Of a DNA stretch of 32,000 nucleotides, positions 1 to 9,105 are shown piece after piece. Origin of the DNA: Mycolicibacterium smegmatis (GTDB lineage: Bacteria > Actinomycetota > Actinomycetes > Mycobacteriales > Mycobacteriaceae); NCBI RefSeq assembly GCF_001457595.1, contig NZ_LN831039.1, positions 6,120,001 to 6,152,000 on the forward strand, read 5' to 3'. The first letter of the stretch is position 1. Each line of letters starts with the position of its first letter. The notes beneath the pieces were generated by a model that saw only the letters and a list, made by a program, of their open reading frames with translations, was not told where the DNA came from and made no database searches. A program made the position numbers and the translations under genes.

Positions 1-636
1 CAGCGTGCCGACGGCCTGCACGGCCATCGTGACCGCGACGCCCAGCAGCACCATGAACACCACCGACAGTGTGCGCACCGGGACACCCTTGGCCTCGGCG
101 ACCTGAGCGTTGACCGACGCGAACAGCAGTGGACGGTAGATGAATACGATCGCGGCGGCCAACACGAGCAGCAGCGCCGTGAACGTCAGCAGCTGCTCGT
201 GTGTGATCGCCAGCAGATTTCCGAAGAGCACGTTGGTGAGCGTCGAGGAGTTCTTGGTGGCCAGCGAGTTGAAGAACAACCCGAAGCCGGTCGCCAGTGC
301 CAGGACGGTGCCGGTCGCGACCTCACGGTCGTGCGCCTGCTTGCCGAGGGCGCCGATCACCACGGCACCCGCGACGCAGAACACACCGAGGCCGAGCACC
401 GCGGGCAGCCCGAGCAGCGCGGCGCCGGTGGCACCGGGAAGGCCGATGTGTGCCAGAGCGTGGGCCGCGAAGGCGGTGTTGCGCACGATGATGAAGTAGC
501 CGATCAGCCCGGCCGCGAGCGCCACCAGGGTGCCGCCGATCAGCGCGTTGCGCATGAACGCCGATCCGAGGATGTGCAACCAGTTGTGCTGGTAGCCGAT
601 CGCCAGATACGTCTGCGCCAGATCGCCCGGCGGCAT
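1..636 (-). CDS. Metal (Zn/Mn-type) ABC transporter permease, ZnuB-like. N-terminal ~212 codons only; the C-terminus lies beyond the window start.
   Basis: Not in the ORF track because it runs off the edge. My minus-strand translation from ATG 636..634 gives MPPGDLAQTYLAIGYQHNWLHILGSAFMRNALIGGTLVALAAGLIGYFIIVR..., hydrophobic and ABC-3 family-like. The ATG overlaps the TGA of the upstream ATPase (ATGA). Confidence 0.8.
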   Translation of the reverse strand, partial: MPPGDLAQTYLAIGYQHNWLHILGSAFMRNALIGGTLVALAAGLIGYFIIVRNTAFAAHALAHIGLPGATGAALLGLPAVLGLGVFCVAGAVVIGALGKQAHDREVATGTVLALATGFGLFFNSLATKNSSTLTNVLFGNLLAITHEQLLTFTALLLVLAAAIVFIYRPLLFASVNAQVAEAKGVPVRTLSVVFMVLLGVAVTMAVQAVGTL

Positions 637-1415
637 CACTCGCTCCTCATGTACATCTGCCCCTGCAGGGTGTTGGCGACCTGCACCTTGGTGCCGTACA
701 GATGCGTGAGCAGGTCTGCGTTGACGACGTCCATGGGCGCGTGGTGGGCGTGCCCGTCGAGCAGGTAGATGGCGCTGTCGAGCACGCTCAGCAGCGGGTT
801 GAGGTCGTGCGCGACGACGATGATGGTCACCTGGTACTCGGAGTTGACCCGCGCGAGAAGCTGCACGATCTCGTGCTGGCTGCGCAGGTCGAGCGCCGCG
901 AGCGGCTCGTCGAGGATCAGCATCCGCGGATGTGCCACCAGCGCGTTGGCCAGCGCGATGCGCTGACGCTGTCCGCCGGACAGTTGCGAGACGCGGCGGT
1001 CGGCGAACTCGGTGGCCTCGACAGCTGCGAGCGCCTGGTCGACCCTGGCCTTCTCCTCGGCCGTGACCCGGCGCATCCCCCAGCGGTGACCGGTGAGCCC
1101 GAGCGTCACGGCGTCACGCGCGCGGATCGCCTCGCCCGCGCCCGCCACGTAGTCCTGCGGCACGTACCCGATCTGGTCGTTGTGCTCGCCTGGCCTGCCG
1201 CCGAGCACGCGCACCGAACCCGACGCGACCGGCAGCAGGCCCAGGATGACCTGCAGCATGGTCGACTTGCCGGAACCGTTGGACCCGATCAGCGCGACGA
1301 TGCCGCCGGAGGGGATGGTGAACGTGCCCTCCGACCAGATCAGGCGACCGCCCCGCACGACGCTGACGTCGTCGAAGACCAGCGCGGGTTCGGTTTCGGC
1401 GTTATGACTCGACAC
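636..1415 (-). CDS. Metal ABC transporter ATP-binding protein (ZnuC-like)
   Basis: 259 aa with Walker A GSNGSGKST, signature LSGGQRQR and Walker B LILDEP. GTG start overlaps the end of the upstream binding-protein gene by 14 nt. Confidence 0.9.
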   Translation of the reverse strand: MSSHNAETEPALVFDDVSVVRGGRLIWSEGTFTIPSGGIVALIGSNGSGKSTMLQVILGLLPVASGSVRVLGGRPGEHNDQIGYVPQDYVAGAGEAIRARDAVTLGLTGHRWGMRRVTAEEKARVDQALAAVEATEFADRRVSQLSGGQRQRIALANALVAHPRMLILDEPLAALDLRSQHEIVQLLARVNSEYQVTIIVVAHDLNPLLSVLDSAIYLLDGHAHHAPMDVVNADLLTHLYGTKVQVANTLQGQMYMRSE

Positions 1416-2421
1416 CGAGCGCCTTGGCCAGTGCAGTGAGTTGGTCCACCTGCCAAGCCTCGAACGAATCGGCGCCAGGCGCCACCGTTTCGGTCACTTC
1501 GACCACCGGGATGCCCGCGCTCTCGGCCGCGGTGCGCAGCTGCTGCGGCACCGAGCCCTCGGTCTGGACGTTGTAGATGAGCACGTCCACGCCGCGGTTC
1601 TCCAGCAGGGTCAAAAACGCGTCGAAATCGGCGGGCGACGGGTCGGTCTCGTTCGACGAGGCGACCTGGTAACCGGGTGGGGTGCGGTCGGTCAGGCCGA
1701 CGGCCGCCGCCATGTCGTCGAACACCGCTTCGGTTGCCGCGTATGTCTTGCCGGAGGCCTTGGCCTTGATGTCGTCGATGAGCTGGTTGTACGGCTTCAT
1801 CGATTCGGTGAACGCCGCGCGCCGCTCGGCGAAATAGTCCTTGGCCTCCGGCGCCAGATCACCGAGTTTCGCGGTCACCTCGTCGGCGACGGTGGTCACC
1901 GCGGCCGGGCTGTACCAGGCGTGCGGGTTGACGCCCTCTTCCGCGTGCGCGTGGCCGTGTTCGTCGTGCCCGTGGTCATGGGCGTCGTCTTCGTGCGCAC
2001 CGGCGTCCGCGACGGCTGCGACGACAGGAGCATTCGGGGCCGAGCTTCGTGCGAGCTTGCCGGCCCACTCGTCGTAGTGGCCGCCGTTGATCACCACCAG
2101 CTGGGCCCCCTCGAACTTCGCCGCGTCCGATGGTGAGGGCTCGAAGTCGTGTGGGTCGACCGAAGAGCCCGCCAGCACGGTCGTCACCTTCGCGCACGCC
2201 CCGCCGAGCTCTGACACGATGTCGCCCCACTGGTCGACGCTCACGACGACGTTCACCGGTGTCGTCGGGCAGTCGCCCGCCGGCTCGGCCGTCGAGGATT
2301 CGTCGGAGCCGCATGCGGCAAGCGCAAAAGGCGCGGCAAGCGCGACGGAGACGGCCAGGGTACGCACGCTGAGAGGCGAGATCACGCCGATAACGATAAC
2401 CGTTTGCATTACTTGACGCAC
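1402..2421 (-). CDS. Metal ABC substrate-binding lipoprotein (ZnuA-like) with a His/Asp-rich loop
   Basis: Lipobox ALAACG and cluster A-I fold motifs (DPHDFEPSP, NPHAW). The acidic His-rich loop HEDDAHDHGHDEHGHAHAEE is typical of zinc-specific ZnuA. Start is GTG 2421 or ATG 2409. Confidence 0.88.
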   Translation of the reverse strand: MRQVMQTVIVIGVISPLSVRTLAVSVALAAPFALAACGSDESSTAEPAGDCPTTPVNVVVSVDQWGDIVSELGGACAKVTTVLAGSSVDPHDFEPSPSDAAKFEGAQLVVINGGHYDEWAGKLARSSAPNAPVVAAVADAGAHEDDAHDHGHDEHGHAHAEEGVNPHAWYSPAAVTTVADEVTAKLGDLAPEAKDYFAERRAAFTESMKPYNQLIDDIKAKASGKTYAATEAVFDDMAAAVGLTDRTPPGYQVASSNETDPSPADFDAFLTLLENRGVDVLIYNVQTEGSVPQQLRTAAESAGIPVVEVTETVAPGADSFEAWQVDQLTALAKALGVES

Positions 2422-2435
2422 ATCCGCATGATCTC

Positions 2436-2458
2436 TTATTGAAAATCATTTTCGATAA
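2436..2458. promoter_or_regulatory. Zur box (box A), shared by the divergent znuA-like operon and the COG0523 gene
   Basis: TTATTGAAAATCATTTTCGATAA is a near-perfect 23-bp palindrome and AT-rich in a ~67% GC genome. It lies in the 45-bp divergent intergenic region and matches the mycobacterial Zur operator core TGAAAATNATTTTCA as I remember it. Confidence 0.75.
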
Positions 2459-2466
2459 GGAGTGCG

Positions 2467-3603
2467 ATGCCCGATCTGTTGCCCGTCACCGTTCTGTCCG
2501 GCTTTCTCGGCGCAGGCAAGACGACCCTGCTCAATCACATCCTCGCCAACCGGGACGGCAAGCGGGTTGCCGTGATCGTCAACGACATGAGCGAGGTCAA
2601 CATCGACGCCGCGCTCATCGCCGGACAAGGCCACCTTGACCGAACCGAGGAGAAACTCGTCGAGCTGACCAACGGCTGTATCTGCTGCACACTGCGCGAG
2701 GATCTGGTCGAGGCGGTCGGCGCACTGGCCCGCCAGAACCGGTTCGATCAACTGGTCATCGAGTCGACCGGGATCTCCGAGCCGATGCCCGTCGCCGCGA
2801 CCTTCAGCTGGGAGTTCGATGACGGGTTCAGCCTCGGTGCGCTCGCCCGCCTGGACACGCTCGTGACCGTGGTCGATGTCTCGACGTTCTTGATCGAACT
2901 GGCACGCGGCGAGGCACTCGCAGAGCGTGAGATGACGGCCGGACCGAACGACGCGCGCAGCGTGGCCGATCTCCTGGTCGACCAGGTGGAGTTCGCCGAC
3001 GTCATCCTGCTCAACAAGACCGATCTGGTGACCGCCGAGCGTCTCGGCGCGGTCGAGGCGGTGGTGCGCCGGCTCAACCCCACCGCCCGGCTGCTGCACA
3101 CCGACCATGGCGTGGTCGCGCTCGACGAGGTGCTCGACACCGGACTGTTCGACCCGGTGGCCGCGGCAGAGGCGCCCGGCTGGGACGAGGAGATCGCCAT
3201 GGGCCATACCCCCGAAACCGAGGAGTACGGCATCGGCTCGCTGACGTTTCTGGCCGACCGGCCGTTTCACCCGCAACGGCTCGCCGATGCCCTCGAGAAG
3301 ATGACAGGATTGTTGCGCAGCAAGGGATTCTGTTGGATCGCGAGCCGGCCGTCGGTCGCCGCGATCTGGTCGCAGGCGGGTCCCAACCTGGTGATCGAGC
3401 CGGCACAGCTCTGGTCATCGACAGAACTGGACCCCGGCCAGGAGCTCGTGTTCATCGGCGTTCACATAGACCGGGATGCGATCGGCGACATGTTGTGCTC
3501 GGCCCTGCTCACCGATTCGGAATGGGCCCAAGGCGAACACGCCTGGCTGCGCTACCCCGATCCGCTGCCGGCCTGGGACCTCACCCACGTGCACGCACAC
3601 TGA
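2467..3603 (+). CDS. COG0523/CobW-family G3E GTPase (putative zinc metallochaperone)
   Basis: 378 aa with intact P-loop GFLGAGKTT, metal-binding motif GCICCT, switch region ESTGISEP and NKTD. The C-terminus is His-rich (THVHAH). It is divergent from the znuA-like gene across the Zur box. Confidence 0.9.
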   Translation: MPDLLPVTVLSGFLGAGKTTLLNHILANRDGKRVAVIVNDMSEVNIDAALIAGQGHLDRTEEKLVELTNGCICCTLREDLVEAVGALARQNRFDQLVIESTGISEPMPVAATFSWEFDDGFSLGALARLDTLVTVVDVSTFLIELARGEALAEREMTAGPNDARSVADLLVDQVEFADVILLNKTDLVTAERLGAVEAVVRRLNPTARLLHTDHGVVALDEVLDTGLFDPVAAAEAPGWDEEIAMGHTPETEEYGIGSLTFLADRPFHPQRLADALEKMTGLLRSKGFCWIASRPSVAAIWSQAGPNLVIEPAQLWSSTELDPGQELVFIGVHIDRDAIGDMLCSALLTDSEWAQGEHAWLRYPDPLPAWDLTHVHAH

Positions 3604-3610
3604 TACGAAT

Positions 3611-3640
3611 CCGGCGCCCGTCCGGATGGACGGGCGCCGG
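3611..3640. terminator. Bidirectional intrinsic-terminator-like hairpin between convergent genes
   Basis: Perfect 13-bp stem CCGGCGCCCGTCC / GGACGGGCGCCGG with a GGAT loop, followed by TTGTT. It lies between the stop at 3603 (+) and the stop at 3653 (-). Confidence 0.65.
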
Positions 3641-3652
3641 TTGTTCGCACGG

Positions 3653-4819
3653 CTACGAGTGTTCGTGCCCGACGGCACCGCTGAGTTCGTTCGGCGCGTT
3701 CTCCAGTGTGGCGGTCTTGGTCACCGCACCGGACTCGATATCCACCAGGTGCAGCTGCCTGGTCGCCGGGTCGGTGACGTAGACATCGTGGTCCCGGGTG
3801 AACACCGTCGGCCGGGGCTGTTGCCAGTCGTCGGGTTCGGTCCACGGTTCGGTCACCGCAATGGTTTTGACGGTGTCCCCGGACGCCGGATCGATGACGT
3901 AGAGCTTGCCATCGGTGCCGAGGATCAATGCCTCGGCGTGTGGACCGCGCGCCAATGAGCGGAACGAGTAGCTGACCGACGGCGGAAGCGTGACGAGCTG
4001 CAGTCGGTTACCCGCGGTGTCGATCAACGCGAACTGATTCGGCCGCTCCAGCTCGGCATCCGGATCCACCTTGAAATCACCGAGGGCGACCGCGGAGTCG
4101 TCATGGCCCTTGACGGTGCCGATCCTGCCGTAGTCGCCGGGGGCGGCGATCTTGGTGAAGACCCGGTCCGAGTACGTCAAAGCGCCGTTCTCGCAACCGA
4201 ACACCACCGTCTCGCCCTCGACCACCGTCTCCCCGTGAATTCCGGGGCATTCGGCGCTGCGGGCGATCTCGGCCTGATTCGAGTCGAAGGCGACCGCCCC
4301 GGAGCGCTCGTCCGGGTCACCTTCGGTGCGAATGAAGCTACCGTCCGACAACACCACGGCCACCCCGTGATGCGGCTTCGGCGACGAGAGCGTGGTGACC
4401 TCCGGCTTGCCGTCAGCCAGCTCGTGCGGATCGAAAATGGTGATCTCGCCCGACCCGTCGGCGAACAAGGCGGTGCGCTCGCCGTGCGGAACGACGTGAC
4501 CGGGTTCGGAAGCGGTGAACGTGGTCTCGGTCAACTCGCCCGACTTCGCGTCGAGCAGACGGAAGCCTTCGTTCGTGGTCACCAGCACGTGCGCATCATC
4601 ACCCGCTGGATTGACGCGCAGGAATCCCTCCATCGGAATGTCGGCGACCACATCCAACGTCGTGCCGTCGAGCACGTACAGGCCGCCGTCATAGGTGGCG
4701 ACCAGCGGCTCGGCGATGGGTTCTGCCGTCGACCGCTCGGCTTCACCGCTACATCCCGCAAGCGTGGATATCAGTGCCAACGCGCCGAGCGCAGCGGTCA
4801 GCGGCAGGGGTCTTGCCAT
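3653..4819 (-). CDS. Secreted lipoprotein, AztD-like candidate periplasmic zinc chaperone (paralog 1), likely beta-propeller
   Basis: 388 aa from ATG 4819, preceded by GAAGGAGA. Lipobox STLAGCSG. Repetitive beta-strand-rich sequence with scattered His (GHVVPHG, KPHHG, CPGIHG, C-terminal GHEHS). Last gene of the azt-like operon. The family assignment is an inference. Confidence 0.6.
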   Translation of the reverse strand: MARPLPLTAALGALALISTLAGCSGEAERSTAEPIAEPLVATYDGGLYVLDGTTLDVVADIPMEGFLRVNPAGDDAHVLVTTNEGFRLLDAKSGELTETTFTASEPGHVVPHGERTALFADGSGEITIFDPHELADGKPEVTTLSSPKPHHGVAVVLSDGSFIRTEGDPDERSGAVAFDSNQAEIARSAECPGIHGETVVEGETVVFGCENGALTYSDRVFTKIAAPGDYGRIGTVKGHDDSAVALGDFKVDPDAELERPNQFALIDTAGNRLQLVTLPPSVSYSFRSLARGPHAEALILGTDGKLYVIDPASGDTVKTIAVTEPWTEPDDWQQPRPTVFTRDHDVYVTDPATRQLHLVDIESGAVTKTATLENAPNELSGAVGHEHS

Positions 4820-4838
4820 GTGGTGAATCTCCTTCTTC

Positions 4839-5741
4839 TCAAATGAGGTTGTTCGCAATGGTTTCGGTGTTGGTGCGCATCATCCCGAGATAGCTGTCCG
4901 CCTCGGTTCCCGGTGCGCTGAGCGATTCGCTGTACAGCGAGACGACGTTGACCCGCACCCCGGACTGCTCGGCGAGCACGCGCGCGAGACGGTCGGGCTG
5001 CGACGAGTCGACGAAGATGGCCTTCACACCCGCATCCCTGATGGCGCCGGCCAACGACTCAAGGTCCGATGCGCTCGGTGAGGCCAGTGTGGTGCCGCTC
5101 GGAATCACCGCGCCGATCACCGTGAACCCGAATCGGTCTGCGAGGTAGCCGAGTACGTGGTGGTTGGTGACGAGCTTGCGGCGCTGCGCCGGAATGGCCG
5201 CGAACCGGTCCGTCATGTGAGCCGACAGGTTGTTCAGCTCATCGCGGTAGCGCGCGGCGTTTGCCGCCACCGCGGCCCGATCGATACCGGGAAGTTCGGC
5301 CACGCGGCCGGTGATCGCATCGACGGCGAGGATCATGCGTTGCGGATCGGTCCAGAAATGCGGATCGGCTGCACCGTGCTCATCCGCGGAGAACTGCAAC
5401 GGATCGACGTGGTCACCGACAGGCAATGTGCGAACACCGTTTTCGGCTGCCGCATCGACATGGCGTTGCATCGACTCCTCCAGGCCCAACCCGTTGTAGA
5501 TCACCAGGTCGGCCCGGGCCATCTCGGCCGCGTCGGCTGCCGAGAGCCCATAGGAGTGCGGATCGGCGTTGGGTTTCATCATCACCCTGACATCGGCGGT
5601 GTCACCGACCACTTCCGAGACGACATCGCCCAGGATCGTCGTGGTGACGACGATCTGCCGCCTGCCGTCGCTGCCGTCGGGCGCACCGCACGCGGCGAGC
5701 AGCAGGATCGCCAGGCACGCCGCGATGCACCGCCGCGTCAC
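4839..5741 (-). CDS. Cluster A-I metal ABC substrate-binding lipoprotein (AztC/ZnuA/TroA-like)
   Basis: 300 aa from GTG 5741, which overlaps the upstream stop (GTGA). Lipobox LLAACG. Motifs NADPHSY, DPHFWTDP and TNHHVLGYLADRFG. The upstream 114 codons in the ORF track are Arg-rich and overlap the neighbouring gene. Confidence 0.85.
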   Translation of the reverse strand: MTRRCIAACLAILLLAACGAPDGSDGRRQIVVTTTILGDVVSEVVGDTADVRVMMKPNADPHSYGLSAADAAEMARADLVIYNGLGLEESMQRHVDAAAENGVRTLPVGDHVDPLQFSADEHGAADPHFWTDPQRMILAVDAITGRVAELPGIDRAAVAANAARYRDELNNLSAHMTDRFAAIPAQRRKLVTNHHVLGYLADRFGFTVIGAVIPSGTTLASPSASDLESLAGAIRDAGVKAIFVDSSQPDRLARVLAEQSGVRVNVVSLYSESLSAPGTEADSYLGMMRTNTETIANNLI

Positions 5742-6910
5742 CGGCCCGCCTCCACCATGAACCCTGGCGGTATGGAGGTCTCGAACGTACGCGCCACCCG
5801 TAGCCCGTCGCGGTAGTCGATCTCGTACACGGCCCGGCCGGTGATGTCGTTCACGTAAGCGCGGTCGGCATCGACCTCGATCACCGGCGCCGGCCGGCCC
5901 TCGGGCAGCCGGTCGCCGAACAGCTCGACCGCGGCCGTCTGCCGACCGTCGGCCGTGTCGAACGCACGCAGCCGGCCGTCTGCCGTGAGCGCCAGGACCG
6001 CATCGCCCGAGACGGTGTTCGCCGCGACCACCTCGGCCACGTCCACCGACTTCCACGTGCCGCGGCGTGCGTCGAGAACCCACACCGTGTCTGCCGTGAT
6101 TCCGGCCAAAGTCGAACTCCCGTAGCGATACACGAGGGGGCCGGGGTGCGGCACACCAGCGGGCAACGGAATCGGCTCCGCGGTGACCCGGCCTGCTTTC
6201 TTCACGATCCGCACGGCGCCGTCGGCGCAGCCGAACACCACCTCACGGCCGATCGTCACGGCGCCCGTCACACCAGGGCACCGGCCGAGCTCGCGCGTTT
6301 CTGCGCTGATCTCAGAGCTGACCTCGACGACCGCGCCGTCCCGGGACACCGCGACCACGCTGTCACCCATCGGCGCGGCGGCCGCCACGTCACGCAACAC
6401 GTTGAACCCGTCGGCCTCGGTGATGCTCTGGCGCGCAACGCTGTTGCGATCCAGGACCTCGACGGTGCCGTCCTCGCGCTGCACGGTCGTGAGTTCGCGA
6501 CCACCTTTGGCGTCGACCGCCCGGCCGTCGACGCGGCCCGCAACTGCGGCAGGCTCGACGTAGAAGTGGGAATGGTCGCCGTGGTCGAACGTCCAGGATC
6601 CCGCATCCACGACGGTGAGCGCGTTCTCGCCGCGCAGATAGGCGAACCGCCCATCGCCGCTGACACCTCGCGTCGGCCCGAATGCCCCGAGCGGTGACTC
6701 GGATTCCTCGCTCGCGTCGTACACCACAGTGGCACCGGTATCCGGATCGACAAGGACCAGCCGGGTCACCGGCTCCGAGCTCTCGTGCGCATCGATGCCG
6801 GTATCGTCGGCCGAAGTCGGTGCCGAAGGCGTTGGCGTGGTTGACTTCTGCTCGACACCACAGCCCGCCACGAGCAGAACGCAGCCCACCAGGGCGACAC
6901 CTGCCCTCAT
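5738..6910 (-). CDS. Secreted lipoprotein, AztD-like (paralog 2), with an FDHGDHSHFY His cluster
   Basis: 390 aa from ATG 6910, which overlaps the permease stop (ATGA). Lipobox LVAGCG. Shares the block CPGVTGAVTIGREVVFGCADGAV with paralog 1 (CPGIHGETVVEGETVVFGCENGAL). Confidence 0.6.
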   Translation of the reverse strand: MRAGVALVGCVLLVAGCGVEQKSTTPTPSAPTSADDTGIDAHESSEPVTRLVLVDPDTGATVVYDASEESESPLGAFGPTRGVSGDGRFAYLRGENALTVVDAGSWTFDHGDHSHFYVEPAAVAGRVDGRAVDAKGGRELTTVQREDGTVEVLDRNSVARQSITEADGFNVLRDVAAAAPMGDSVVAVSRDGAVVEVSSEISAETRELGRCPGVTGAVTIGREVVFGCADGAVRIVKKAGRVTAEPIPLPAGVPHPGPLVYRYGSSTLAGITADTVWVLDARRGTWKSVDVAEVVAANTVSGDAVLALTADGRLRAFDTADGRQTAAVELFGDRLPEGRPAPVIEVDADRAYVNDITGRAVYEIDYRDGLRVARTFETSIPPGFMVEAGR

Positions 6911-7731
6911 GCCGCCGCCCGCCGCAACACCGCGGATGCTGCCGCCGAGCAGAAGAACAGTGCGACCGCGACGGCGGCGATGCTCGCGCCGCCTGCGGTT
7001 GCGGCATGCCAGGACAGCAGCAGGCCCAGCCACACCGACACCACCCCGACGACGGCGGCGAGCAGCATGATGCGGCCGATCGAGTGCGCCCACAGCGTGG
7101 CGGCCGCCGGGGGTGCCACCAGCAGGCCGAGTACCAGCAGCGTGCCGACCACATGGAAGGACGCGACGATCGCGACGGCGATCAGCACGGTCAGCACGAT
7201 GCCGGCCGATGCGGGGCTGAGCCCCAGCGTCGCGGCTTTCCGCACATCGAAGGTGGCCGCGATGAACGCCCGGCGTCCGACGAAGGCGATGACGGCGACG
7301 AGCACGAGCGCGCCGGTGAGCACAGCGATGTCACCGAGCCGCACGCCGAGCACGTCGCCGAAGAGGAAGGCGGTCAGATCGACCGCGTAACTGTTCGAAT
7401 GCGATACCACGATGACCCCGACCGCGAGCATGCCGACGAGGAGAAGGCCGATGCTCGTATCCGAGGAGAACCGCGCGGTTCGGCTGAGCACGGACACGCC
7501 GTAGGCCATCGCGAGCGCGGCGGTCAGCGCGCCGGCCAGCAGATTGCCGCCGAGCGCCGATGCCGCGGCCACGCCCGGCAGCATGCCGTGCGACATCGCG
7601 TCGCCGAGGAACACCGAGCCGCGTAACACCACCCAGGTCCCGACGATCGCGCACATCAACGCCACCAGCGACCCTGCGACAGCACCGCGCACGACGAGCT
7701 CCGAGCCGAACGGAGCAACCAACCAGTTCAC
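6907..7731 (-). CDS. Metal ABC transporter permease (AztB/ZnuB-like)
   Basis: ABC-3 family-like hydrophobic protein (VVLRGSVFLGDAMSHG...). I prefer GTG 7731 as the start, because the TTG 7767 extension (MKTIIINDKSL) is simply the translated Zur box. Confidence 0.85.
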   Translation of the reverse strand: MNWLVAPFGSELVVRGAVAGSLVALMCAIVGTWVVLRGSVFLGDAMSHGMLPGVAAASALGGNLLAGALTAALAMAYGVSVLSRTARFSSDTSIGLLLVGMLAVGVIVVSHSNSYAVDLTAFLFGDVLGVRLGDIAVLTGALVLVAVIAFVGRRAFIAATFDVRKAATLGLSPASAGIVLTVLIAVAIVASFHVVGTLLVLGLLVAPPAAATLWAHSIGRIMLLAAVVGVVSVWLGLLLSWHAATAGGASIAAVAVALFFCSAAASAVLRRAAA

Positions 7732-7747
7732 AGGTAAACTCTTATCA

Positions 7748-7769
7748 TTAATGATAATCGTTTTCAAAA
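7748..7769. promoter_or_regulatory. Zur box (box B) between the divergent aztB-like and aztA-like genes
   Basis: TTAATGATAATCGTTTTCAAAA fills most of the 45-bp intergenic region and shares the core ATGAYAATCGTTTTCA with box E. Confidence 0.7.
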
Positions 7770-7776
7770 GGAGTAC

Positions 7777-8490
7777 GTGGTGAGTGCCGTCCGGCTGAAC
7801 CGAATCACCTTCGGCTACAACAGGAATCCGGTGTTCACCGATCTGACGGTCGAATTTCCCCGGGCGGCTTGCACCGCGGTGACGGGACCCAACGGTTGCG
7901 GTAAGTCGACATTGCTCAGCCTGATCGCAGGTGTGTCACGACCACACTCCGGGACGGTCGAGCTGTGCGCCCGCGACGTGGCCCTCGCCGTCCAACGCGA
8001 CGAGGTCGCCCGGACGTTCCCGATCACCGTCGCCGAGGCGGTCATGATGGGTCGTTGGCGTCGGTTGGGACTGCTGCGCCGCCCATCGCGCGCCGACCGC
8101 GACATCGTCGACTTCTGGCTCACCGAACTGGGCCTCGACGATCTCCGCACGTGCCGCATGACCGAGCTGTCCGGCGGTCAGCGGCAACGCACCCTGTTGG
8201 CGCAGGCATTCGCCCAGCAGGCCCCGATCCTGCTGCTCGACGAACCGACCGCGAGCCTCGACGCCGACAGCGCGCAGACCGTCTACCGGCAGCTTCGCCG
8301 ACTCGCGAGCTCTGGGACCACCATCGTGGCCGCCACCCACGACGGCGATGCACTCGACCAATTCGAGCACCACCTGAGCCTTACCGGCCTGAGCGGACAC
8401 GCCGCGACGCTAGGCTCGGGTCGTGCCTCGACATGCGTTCAGCCCCAGCGAACGGCAAGCCGTATACCGAGCGATCACCGAACGCCGTGA
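7777..8490 (+). CDS. Metal ABC transporter ATP-binding protein (AztA/ZnuC-like)
   Basis: GTG start preceded by AAGGAG. Walker A GPNGCGKST, signature LSGGQRQR, Walker B LLLDEP. The 3' end overlaps the next ORF by 68 nt, so the true stop or the neighbour's start is uncertain. Confidence 0.85.
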   Translation: MVSAVRLNRITFGYNRNPVFTDLTVEFPRAACTAVTGPNGCGKSTLLSLIAGVSRPHSGTVELCARDVALAVQRDEVARTFPITVAEAVMMGRWRRLGLLRRPSRADRDIVDFWLTELGLDDLRTCRMTELSGGQRQRTLLAQAFAQQAPILLLDEPTASLDADSAQTVYRQLRRLASSGTTIVAATHDGDALDQFEHHLSLTGLSGHAATLGSGRASTCVQPQRTASRIPSDHRTP

Positions 8491-9082
8491 CATGCGCCAG
8501 TTCGTCCCGGGCAGCACCGTCTCCGATGAGGTCCTGAGCCGGTTGTTGCACGCCGCGCACGCCGCGCCCAGCGTGGGCCTCATGCAACCGTGGCGGTTCA
8601 TCCGCATCACCGACGACACCCTGCGCAGCCGGATCCACGCGCTCGTCGACGAAGAACGCGTCAACACCGCCGACGCACTCGGACCGCGCGCGCAGGAGTT
8701 CCTGGCGCTGAAGGTCGAGGGTATCCGGGAGTGCGCGGAACTGTTCGTCGTCGCGCTGGGCGAAGGCCGCGAACGGCACGTGTTCGGCCGCCGCACGCTG
8801 CCCAACATGGATCTCGCGTCGGTGTCGTGCGCGATCCAGAACATGTGGCTGGCGGCGCGCGCCGAAGGGCTCGGCATGGGGTGGGTGTCGATCTTCGAGC
8901 CGCAGCCGCTCGCCGAGCTGCTGGGTATGCCTGACGGCGCCGAACCCGTCGCCATCCTGTGCCTCGGCCCGGTGCCGGAATTTCCGGACCGGCCGGTCCT
9001 GGAGATCGAGCACTGGACGACAGGTCGTCCCCTGCCGGAGTTCGTATCGGAGAACGGCTGGCCCGAGCACGCGTCCGTGTAA
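8423..9082 (+). CDS. bluB: 5,6-dimethylbenzimidazole synthase (BluB, nitroreductase fold)
   Basis: 219 aa. The blocks ERQAVYRAITERRDMRQF, LLHAAHAAPSVGLMQPWRF, LKVEGIRE and MDLASVSCAIQNMWLAARAEGLGMGWVSIF closely match BluB as I remember it from Sinorhizobium. Confidence 0.8.
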   Translation: MPRHAFSPSERQAVYRAITERRDMRQFVPGSTVSDEVLSRLLHAAHAAPSVGLMQPWRFIRITDDTLRSRIHALVDEERVNTADALGPRAQEFLALKVEGIRECAELFVVALGEGRERHVFGRRTLPNMDLASVSCAIQNMWLAARAEGLGMGWVSIFEPQPLAELLGMPDGAEPVAILCLGPVPEFPDRPVLEIEHWTTGRPLPEFVSENGWPEHASV

Positions 9083-9105
9083 GGCCGGACGCTTAAGCTG
9101 GATTT

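Noticed and set aside
5742-7093. Long N-terminal extensions of the binding protein (to 6083) and of AztD-like paralog 2 (to 7093) shown in the track
   Set aside because: The extensions are Arg/Gly-rich and overlap the upstream genes. Signal peptide and lipobox sequences start exactly at internal GTG 5741 and ATG 6910, both of which overlap the upstream stop codons.
7732-7767. N-terminal extension MKTIIINDKSL of the aztB-like permease (TTG start at 7767)
   Set aside because: These codons are the AT-rich Zur box itself read as protein. The homologous N-terminus (VNWLVAPFG...) begins at GTG 7731.
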